The notes below the pieces were generated by a model, which saw only the letters and a list, made by a program, of their open reading frames with translations, had not been told where the DNA came from and made no database searches. This document shows positions 54,637 through 64,000 of a stretch of 64,000 nucleotides of DNA, piece after piece. The DNA lies in NCBI GenBank assembly GCA_963693365.1, contig CAVNZM010000005.1:12485728-12549727 (forward strand), read 5' to 3'. The first letter of the stretch is position 1. Each line of letters begins with the position of its first letter. Both the position numbers and the translations under genes were made by a program. Source of the stretch: Amoebidium appalachense. Its lineage: Eukaryota > Protista > Ichthyosporea.

Positions 54637-57154
54637 CGTGTGTGTATGCCGGCACGTGCGTGCGAGCATGCATGTGTGTATGCGGGCGTGTGCATATGTT
54701 TGTGGTTACGGTGGCAAGGGGGAGGGGGGAAGTGGGAAGGGGTGAGTTAGAATCTGATAGAAAGTAAGATTCCCTTCCTTTTCTTTCCTTTCGCATTTCT
54801 TTCTTTCTCTCTCTCTCTCTCTCCCCCCCCCCCCCCCCCCCCCCCCCCCTTCCCCCATTTGGGTGGGGTTGGAGTGGGGGTGGGGTGGTGTGTGCGTGTG
54901 CGTGTGTGCGCGCGCGCGCGCGCGTGCGCGTGTGTGTCTCTGTGTGGTGATCGTTGTGGTGGTGGTGGGGGGGGGGGGTTAGATTTTTGGTTACTACCTG
55001 TGCACACAGTGCCTGGCTGGAGGGTAAGGTTGTTAGTCCATCCCGCAGCACATTTGGCCGGCCGGCACACAGCCCCCGTGCATTGCCCGGCCGTGGGGTA
55101 GTAAGAGTAGCCGGCTTGGCAGTTACTCACAGCGGCACAGGCTGTGAGGGGTGGTGAGGGGAAATGGGTTAAGGATGCAAAAAAGCGTGCGAGGTACACA
55201 TCATAAGTACCGAGTGCACATTCACGACAAACAACAGAGTGCATATTCGGCATCAAAAAAGAAGATCACACTAAGAGCACCAGAGCGGGGGAGGGGGGAG
55301 GGAGGGGGGGAGGGGGGGGGGGGGGGGTAGGCGGGGGTATTAGAGTTGTGGCGCATTAACCTCTAGAGGACCGGACTAATTGAATCTACTGTAAGCCGGT
55401 AGGGACCTAGGCCGCGTTCACACGGGCGGGATATGACATGGCAAATGCTGCCATATATGGTAACAAATATCTGATTGGGATATTTCAAATACCCCAAATC
55501 GCTCTTCACACTGGCAGGATATGATATAGCGAATTTCCTTTTTTGGTTAATTAAATATGCCAGTTGGGATATTAATTAGCCGGGGGATTGGGGGTATGTC
55601 TATTTTATATGCAAGAGGGATATGTGCCGCGCCGGCACTTTGTAAGTCTTACTTTATCAAAATATATAAAAAGTTCAGAAAAAACATTTATATTATTAAA
55701 TAAACCGCTGTAAAATTTTCTATTTTGCATAAGTCAAACAAAAGAAATTTTGTTGTAGAGACGACACAAAGATGTTTTTTTTTAGCGTTTTGCTCTTCAC
55801 GGCTTAGCGCGCGGCGCTGACATATGACATCCGACCTGGCATATTTGCGCGTCCACTGTGAACAATGGGGTATCGATTTCGGCCTATCCCGGGAATCTTG
55901 CAAATATCCCTGGCCTATCATATCCACCCAGTGTGAACGCGGCCCTAAACAACTCTATTGCGGCTCATATTCGATAGAAAAAGTTCAAATAAATTGCTTA
56001 TGCCGACAGGTATATGTCCTACCTACAAAATTTACTATGATGGTTTTGGGAAAAGATCATTATTTCATATACTTTTATATCTGTTTCTGCAGTGACTTTC
56101 GAGATTTTTAAAAAACTTTTGAGTTGCCATCGGATGTCGACTGAACCGGCCAATGTTTGTTTTGTCATTTGGAGCCATTTTCAAAATGGTCCAATCAGAA
56201 GATTGCATTGACAGCACTTCGATGTCGTCATTGACTCGTCATGCCGGCAAGCACCCTTTGTAGATACACCATATACAAGGTATCGTTATTAGACTTAAGG
56301 TGAGTTTTTTTTTGCATAATACGAAGGATCAGTGTATTTTCTAATCTCGTGCAACTTTTATTTGGCTTAGTTCCTTATTTCATGTTCACATTAGAGCACA
56401 AACTTGGTCGTCTCCGTGCTGGTGACCTCAATCTCGATCTCGTGGTATTTACGGTCCTCAAGAGGCTAAACTCCACAAGCAAAACGTTTGCGTAATACTT
56501 CTCCACGGTATCTTCAACTTCAAAGACTGAGATGTCACAAAGCAAAGAGAAAACCAAGGAAGGCTTAAAAAAAAGAAACACACACAAACCATAACCCTCT
56601 CTCTCTCCCCCCCCCCCTCTCTCCCCCCACCTCCCCCTTCTCCGTCCCCCTCCTCCCCCCACCCCCACCCCCCTCCCCATGGGTCCCGATTTCTCACCTG
56701 TGCACACAGTGCCTGGCTGGAGGGTAAGGTTGTTAGTCCATCCCGCAGCACATTTGGCCGGCCGGCACACAGCCCCCGTGCATTTTCCGGCCGTAGGGTA
56801 GAAAGAGTTGCCGGCTTGGCAGCTACTAACAGTGGCACATGCTGTGAAGGGTGGTGAGGGGAACGGGGTTCAGAATGTATCACAGTGTACGAAACAAGGC
56901 AGCTACCCAACGGTGGCTTTTATTTTCGAGGGAGAAACGATGAAAAATAGAGCTATCTGGCGAGTTGGCGTCACACAGCGTGTTAAAATGGTATCCTGAC
57001 AAGGGGTATTTATGAACTGCCCAAGCAGAATCACTGACCAATATACCATCAAAACATACTATAGTCATTGGTGCAATATTCAGTGCACATTAACTCACAT
57101 CATACGTGCGTTTCGGTCCCCGCCTCTCCCCCCCCTCTCCTCCCCCCTCCCCCC

Positions 57155-57207
<53 letters not shown>

Positions 57208-57386
57208 ACCACCACCACCACCATAGGCCCCGATCATTCACCTGTGCACACAGTGCCTGGCTGCAAGGTGAGGTTGTTAGTCCATCCCGCAGCACATTTG
57301 GCCGGCCGGCACACAGCCCCCGTGCATCTTCCGGCCGTGGGGTAGTAAGAGTAGCCGGCTTGGCAGCCACTCACAGCGGCACAGGC

Positions 57387-57468
<82 letters not shown>

Positions 57469-57502
57469 AGTGGGCGGCTTTTTTTATTTTTATTTTTTTA
57501 GG

Positions 57503-57549
<47 letters not shown>

Positions 57550-57694
57550 ATACCTGTGCATGCACTACCGGGCAGGGTGGTGAGGCTGTTCTGCCAGCCC
57601 GACACACAGCGGCCCGGCTTGCACACGGCCGTACAGCTGCCCCGGGTAGGATACACCGTGTAGCCCGTCTGGCACCCACGTGCGGGCGCACAGG

Positions 57695-57743
<49 letters not shown>

Positions 57744-58435
57744 AGTTGGGTGGGTTGGGGGGTGGGGAAGGGAGGGAGGAGGGGGGGGTAAGGATCGACG
57801 ACAGGGTTGTATGTTTCGAAACACACGAAACAGCGTAGGCAAATGATACGCAAACATGCAAAGCAAAAGGTGGAGAATCGAACACAGACACACCAGGCGA
57901 GATTCTATTTCCCAAGAACATGGCATGCCTTGTTTTGCGTGGTTGGAAGTTGGGCATTGGCAGCCATCTATGTCCATCTCGATAGACGACAGCAAACAAC
58001 CCGAGTTGCATGGCCTTAGTGTGAATCGGAGGTGTGTGTGCAGTACCAATCACGCGCATGCCGTGTGGCCATGTCTGAATGCAGCCACTTCGAGTGTTTG
58101 CAAACCATCCCTCCTCCCCACTGGCTGGAGCCTAAAAATATCATCAACAAGCCAACATCCCATCACGGCCACCTTACACGCAGCCACAAACTTCGCTGCA
58201 CGCTTCACCACAATCATATAGTTGCACAGTAGCCACATGTATGCGACACATACACACAGACGCGCACACGCGCGGGGGAGGGGGTGGGGTGGAGGGTTGG
58301 GGGAGGGGGCATTCCACAAAACGACATGTCGCTATGGACTGGGTGTGTGTATGGGGGGGGGGGGGAGCACTTACTTTGGGCCAATGCAGATCCCAGAAGG
58401 CACAGGGCGACTGCTGCCACCTCAAGAATCCTCAT
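36522..58435 (-). CDS. Gene D: 34-exon secreted mosaic lectin/adhesin with a putative polysaccharide-active beta-helix, ~1389 aa
   Basis: Exons in transcript order: 58375-58435, 57554-57694, 57242-57385, 56698-56841, 54998-55141, 54336-54479, 53643-53786, 53125-53268, 52400-52546, 51744-51917, 51028-51096, 50560-50706, 49989-50132, 49531-49595, 48846-48923, 48275-48319, 47873-47932, 47048-47148, 46434-46509, 45789-45851, 45310-45362, 44456-44510, 43756-43866, 42991-43075, 42210-42376, 41513-41820, 40857-41019, 40155-40230, 39532-39743, 38766-38973, 38153-38301, 37644-37696, 36982-37231, 36522-36566. All introns are GT-AG, all phases are compatible, and the total is 4170 nt with a single terminal stop. 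N-terminus [20 protein letters not shown]. Confidence 0.88.
40155..49595 (-). CDS. Gene D central part: pectate-lyase-like beta-helix / DUF4955-like domain, ~502 aa in 15 exons
   Basis: [103 protein letters not shown]. Confidence 0.8.
44688..44856. repeat. Intronic imperfect palindrome (MITE-like hairpin)
   Basis: 44721-44760 pairs with 44779-44819; outer arm CCAGATTTGAAAAATAG / CTATTTTTCAGATCTGG. Confidence 0.7.
49989..51917 (-). CDS. Gene D: hevein/CBM18-like, PAN/Apple and TSP1 modules
   Basis: [25 protein letters not shown]; [39 protein letters not shown]; [21 protein letters not shown]. Confidence 0.8.
52400..57694 (-). CDS. Gene D: eight one-exon 47-49-aa six-cysteine repeats
   Basis: Consensus [47 protein letters not shown]; exons of 141/144/147 nt, all phase 1-1. 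Confidence 0.9.
55360..56465. mobile_element. piggyBac-like non-autonomous element in a gene D intron
   Basis: TTAA|CCTCTAGAGGACCG ... CGGTCCTCAAGAGG|CTAA (14-bp TIR with 1 mismatch; TSD with 1 mismatch). Confidence 0.65.
55410..55944. mobile_element. Harbinger-like MITE nested in the piggyBac-like element
   Basis: TIR GGCCGCGTTCACAC; 3-bp TSD CTA at 55407-55409 and 55945-55947. Confidence 0.85.
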
Positions 58436-60852
58436 ATTGCTGCAGTACCGTGGAGTGTTACATAGATGTCGACGAACGAACCTTTGGGTGTTCGAGGTTT
58501 TTAACATCAAAACGAATCATACTTTGGTTTCGAGAGGCTGGGAAGAAGGAAACACAAAAAGTTCGTGGCCTTGCCTCACAGTTGCTTAGACCCTGGCTAA
58601 CGGTTAGCTATTCATTTGCGTCTCTCTGCTACCCCCTATCCCGTATTTCTCCCTTTCCTTCTCTGTTTCTTCCCAACCTCTTCCCCCTGTCTCGCCCAGC
58701 GTGCATACACGCAAGCTGCATGCGCGCACATACATGGGACTTTATTGCCTGAGGTCAAAATCACTACCGTATTTCACATGCAAGCATAGAGCTTTACACA
58801 TAGAGGCAGTAGCCACGCTTTGCAAAAGCGCGCTCGAAGACGGAGAGGTGAGAGGCAGACAGGCATACGCACACGCACATTCGCATATACACAACAAACA
58901 CACAAACACGTTGGGGCGTGTGCGCACGCACTCAAGCACCTGGGCTTTTATGTGCACCTACTTGCACACACGCACACATACGCACACACTCATACACACA
59001 CACACGTACGTACACACGCATGCACGCACGCACGCACGGATACGTGTACAGGCAAGCTCACAGTGGCTTCGTTCATTTCTACTGCAACTACTGTGCCAGG
59101 TTCAAACCAACACCAACGCCATCACCGTACCTGTCTCTCCGATCACATAACCAAGCAAGTATTATTGTTTACTTCTTTCAATCTTGAGCTACCTATGGCT
59201 ATTCTATGCTGTGGCAGAAATTTTCAAAAACGGCCTGCGATACTAAATGTACCGATCTAGCACCGCCACATCTCCACATGGGTGTTTTCCTGAGTTCAAG
59301 CTACGCTTTTTCCCCTTTCCTTCATGCGAAATCGTTCCTTCTTTCCTCTTTGTTCTTACTACAGTGTAGACTGGGAAAGTTGTGAACTTGTGAGTTGTGA
59401 GTCACTAGTCACCGGTGACTAAGCCGGTGACACAACCCACGAACAGCGTTCACGTTTTGACAAATCCGGCCGGCCTGCTGCCTGCATTCCAAAAAGGGCT
59501 ATAAACCCAGTGTTCCCAGGAATCCAAAAGTCCCGAAAGGTGCATGCCAGTTAGTTTCCAAAAGTGTTTCAGCAACTGGACAAATAAATGCTTTTACAGA
59601 ATTCAAAATAGCACGGCTGGCGCCTCTACCTTATTACTTACTCTTTGTAAGTAGTACATTTTTTCCTACAGCTCAGGCTGTAGGAAACTCCCGCAAACCG
59701 TGCACTAAAGTACATTTGCACACCCTGTTTACAAACGAGGAATGAACCAATCAGTTCACGCGGTCTATCTTATAATAAAATACCGAGAATCTAGATTACG
59801 ACAGTACAATAAAAAGTGCCTCCCATGGGACACCAAAATTTTGATATGTCATTAGAATTGATAGCACTTTCTTACTTATTCAAGGTCTTTGCTTGGTTCT
59901 ATGGGAAGATGGAGCGGTTATCGATGCTCTTACAGTGCCACATGGTCATGGAGCCACATGTACATGTACATCTAAACAAATCATGCCATCGGCTAAGAAT
60001 ACACTGCGTTTTGATTGGCTGTTCGGCACATATCATCGGAAATCCCCAGCCGCTGGCGGCGCTGGGCCACTGGCGCCATCCGCATCACTTGATGGCGCCA
60101 GGCGTGCTTGACGCCTGTGAAAACTCTCGAATATTTAATGATATGTAGGCCTAGAGCGCTTGAAACTTTCTGTGTGGCAGCTTGCAAGCACTTGTATTAT
60201 TTCTGCTGGCCGCGGTATTTATACAGTTGCCTTATCACTCCAGTCAGTTAGATCCACCAATCGTGTGATAGGAAATGTTTGATTGGAAGTTTCTTATTGT
60301 GGTTTGATCAGTGGAGAACTCTATGGGGATGAGCCTCGGTCGAAACCTTTCGAAATTTCATCTTTGGCACGCTCAAGCTTTGAAACACAGGCAGTGTTGT
60401 TGATGTACATAGTTTTCTTTTAAATATAGCTGTGCACATTCACAAAAAAGTGATATTCGGGCGATTTATCGCATCTGTGTTGTTATGGCACGTTACTAAG
60501 AATTCCTGTAAACCAGGCTGTGAAATCGGGGCCCGGGGGGAATTGTCCCTGATCAGACTCCGAAAAATGTCCCTAATTTTTTGAGGTTAGGTCCACCGGA
60601 TTTTCAACCAGTGGCTCAATTACAGCCAAAACTACAAAACAAAAGAACCCTAAAAAATCTTAGGTGCTCTATTAGGGCCATCCAGGCAGAAGAAAAGGTG
60701 CTAAAATGGCACAAGCCAAAAACGAATTTCACACCCTGCCGTAAAGCTCCGGTGAATGCTGATTGGCCCCCGGCACATTTTTCCAAGTCACGTGACTTGC
60801 ATGGATGACTCGTGCTGGCAGTGCAGTGCTGCCTGGCTGCCCGTTCCACGGC

Positions 60853-61129
60853 TAAGCCTATGTAAATCTATCCCAAAAACTACCTAAATATCATATTGCT
60901 TTTCTCCCGATCTATCACAAAACCTACCTAAATATCATAGATCATATCCCGGAAAATCCCGAAAAATGGACCTAAATATCAAGTTCATCTATCCCTTGGG
61001 CCCCTATCTATCCCGAGAAATATCATTTTTCTCTCGCTGAAGCCTAAATATCCGGGCTAATATCCGGTGCTAAACTTAGCCCGGCGGGCAGGTATCCATA
61101 ATATTTCGAAGACTCAGGCCTAAGTATCA

Positions 61130-61225
<96 letters not shown>

Positions 61226-61432
61226 GGTGGGTGGGTGGGTGGGTGGGTGGGTGGGGGCGGGGGGGGGGGGGGGGGGGGGGGGGGGGCCGGAGGGGGGGGG
61301 GGGGGGGGGGGGATGCATGCATGCATAAAAAGGATATGCATATGGATCATATGCACCATTACGTACGTGTGAGTCGTGACAAGTCTGCAGTGCACGTGTG
61401 GCCGGCCCCGGCCTCGATTGAGGGCGGGGGGT

Positions 61433-61494
<62 letters not shown>

Positions 61495-61568
61495 GGGAAT
61501 AACTTGTATGCATGCATGAAAAAGAGTGTGTGTGCACGAACCAGAAGGCCAAAGGCTGGGGGGGCCGC

Positions 61569-61601
<33 letters not shown>

Positions 61602-61968
61602 AAGGCACGGGACGGTCTTGCCACCACAATGAAATTTTATCCTTGCTCACGTCGACTAAAATACTACATATACATGACTTTTTATCAGCCTGACTTTGCT
61701 CTCGTTCACAACCTTGATCTTAGCCTATTTGCTGTGATATCCCTGGCCACAAACATATATAATATATCCCTAAACCCACGGGATACCTAAATCTATCCTG
61801 AGCGCTCGACCGGGATATATCCACCCCCTGTGGATAGATTGGAAATCCCGCCCCTCCCTAAATATCATTTGGAACTATCCCAAAACTGCCTAAATATCCG
61901 GATATATCCCATATCCCGAGGACCCCTAAATATCCTGTGGAGATGCGGGATTTTTTTACATAGGCTTA
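60853..61968. mobile_element. hAT-like non-autonomous element
   Basis: TIR TAAGCCTATGTAAA; perfect 8-bp TSD TCCACGGC (60845-60852, 61969-61976); subterminal CCTAAATATC repeats. Confidence 0.88.
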
Positions 61969-62491
61969 TCCACGGCCATCCTGCCATGAAGTGCATCAGC
62001 CTAGACGTGTGCGTGTGAGAGTGCATGTGCCAGCCAAGGCCTCCTACTATAGTCAGAGTAGCCTAGGAGGCCTTGGTGCCAGCCAGCCTCTGCCCACCTG
62101 CCGCAGACACAAACAGCCTTACTCAGTCCAGGCTGCAAGGTGCTGGAGTCCACTTCTCCGCCAGTTACCTTCTGAGGTAGCTCTTATTTTTCAAGGGGTG
62201 GCGGACGACCTGAGAGGGGCTGATCACGTGACTCACCTACCCTTGAAAAATAGAGGCTACGGAGGGCACAGTCAGGACGTGCCTGCTACTCCGCTGACTC
62301 CGGAACCAGCCTGGCAGACCCTTGGTGCAGACCTGGCAGCCTGCCAGGCTGATCGGCCTGCTGCCTTGTGTGCTTGCGTGTACACGTGCGTGTGCGGGCG
62401 TGTGTGTGTGTGTGCGTGTGTGTGTATGTGTGTGTGTGTGTGTGTGCGTGCGCGCGTGTACGTATGTGAGAAAGATGTGCCTGCTTTTTTC

Positions 62492-62535
<44 letters not shown>

Positions 62536-64000
62536 ATACGTATACGTGTGTGTGTAAACCTGTATTTTGCGCGCGCATGTGCGCGTTGATGTGCACGTGT
62601 GTGCGTGTTTGTTTGTTTGTTGTGTTTGTTTGTTTGTTTATGTTTGTTGTGCGTGCGTGTGTGTGGCTGCCCCCACGTGTGCAAGCTATAGGGGAGGGGG
62701 AGGGGGAGGACTCCAGGGGGGCCGGCCCCTCATGAGCAGAGAATCTTCGGGCAGCTGCCAGTGACTGCCAATTTGGGCAGGTGAACTGTCGAGGCTGAGG
62801 AGAGAAGAAAGTTGGCGGACAGCATGTGCGGAGTGAGCATACATATTCACTGTGTGTGCCACTGCGTGCACGCGAACAAGATGCGGTGCAGTTCATCACA
62901 TGTACAGCCCCGTACAAGAGCTAACGGGGGCCCGGGGGGGGGGGGGGGGGAGGGGGGGGGGGGGGGGAAGGGGGGAGGGAGGTTGAGAGCAAGAGCCCGA
63001 GGGATTCCAAAGTGATAGAGAGCAAGACAGGGGGTTGGCCCTTCTTTTCATTTTGTTATTTTGGAGGTTAGTAATTTCGTCGACTGCAGTGGCACCAACT
63101 CGGTTTTTATGTGATGCTTTCTTTATTCTGTATTTGCAATCCTAATGATTGAGTTGAAGACAAATATTGAGTCCGGGAGAGGCTGTGGTGGTAGTGGGCC
63201 AGTGGTGGTGGTATGTGTGCCGCGGGGAGGGAGGAGGGTTAGGAGGTGTAATTCATGGTGTCGTCAGTGTCTACACTCCGAGGACAACTTTGTCCTTGTG
63301 TGGTGACGTGTGTGTGCTCCCACTTGCAAGAGTGGGTTGGTCCCTTCAACCCAGATCATGATATAAAAATTAGGACGTGTGCAGGATTGTGGATTATGTG
63401 ACTGGCCAGGTTGACTGCGTGCCAGGGTATGTCTCATTTCCGACGGGGTTTGCATGAGCCTGTGCGCACATAACGGCATATGTGTGTTTGTGTGTGGCAA
63501 CTTGTGCACCGGCGCGTGTGTCTGGCTCGCCTGTGACTCAAGGTGTTGCTCACCTTGCAACATGTGCACGTGCATGCGGCGTTTGTGTGTGTACCGCGGC
63601 AAGGGTGGGCGAGGGTAGGTGAAGAAAAAAAGTAAGAGGTTACACCCACCGAGGGGGGAGAGGGGGGTAGAACGTGCCACAGAGTACGAAGAATGATTCC
63701 CAACAACACAATGCAGAGTGCATATTCACCACATAAAGATTACGCATACTAAGCAAGGCACACCCTCAGGGGGAGGGGGGTAGGGGGAGGCACGCCATTC
63801 GCAATACGCGATCCGACCCATTCACCTCTTCGAAGAAGCCCAACTCAGATTCTGTTTCACTTGAACGGGGGAGGGGGGAGAGAAGGGAAAGGCGGGGGGG
63901 GGGGGGGGGGGGGGGGGGGAGGGGGGGGGGGGGGGCAACTCCCGATCAGCGAGCTTCAAGTCCCAGGTCCCAAGGCTTCACCTACCAGAGCTGGGGGAAA

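Noticed and set aside
61830-62018. Duplicated short ORF MDRLEIPPLPKY (also at 5895-6092)
   Set aside because: Lies in the non-coding terminus of the hAT-like element.

Overview
Intron-rich eukaryotic DNA, saturated with poly-G/C runs and (CA)n/(GT)n microsatellites, so almost all of the ORF track is noise. The taxon cannot be fixed from sequence; the gene style is compatible with a unicellular opisthokont. Manual splicing gives four credible genes. (A) A 3-exon Cys-rich protein (+, 14481-16077). (B) A secreted C2 + TSP1 protein with a GPI/TM-like tail and a GC-AG intron (-, 23435-25203). (C) A small GPI-like surface protein whose first exon was not found (+, 29485-30495). (D) A 34-exon, ~1389-aa secreted mosaic (-, 36522-58435): signal peptide, 8 copies of an unrecognised 6-Cys module, hevein/CBM18-like, PAN/Apple, TSP1, a ~500-aa bacterial-looking pectate-lyase-like beta-helix (DUF4955-like) split over 15 exons, 2x TSP1, and a degenerate TSP1-like unit interrupted by a ricin-B lectin segment. 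The left 14 kb holds telomere-like repeats, a 5'-truncated frameshifted LINE next to an (AAT)n tract, and nested TIR elements carrying a 183-bp satellite. Several MITEs with readable TIRs and TSDs lie elsewhere. All domain and family names come from motif recognition by eye, not from searches.
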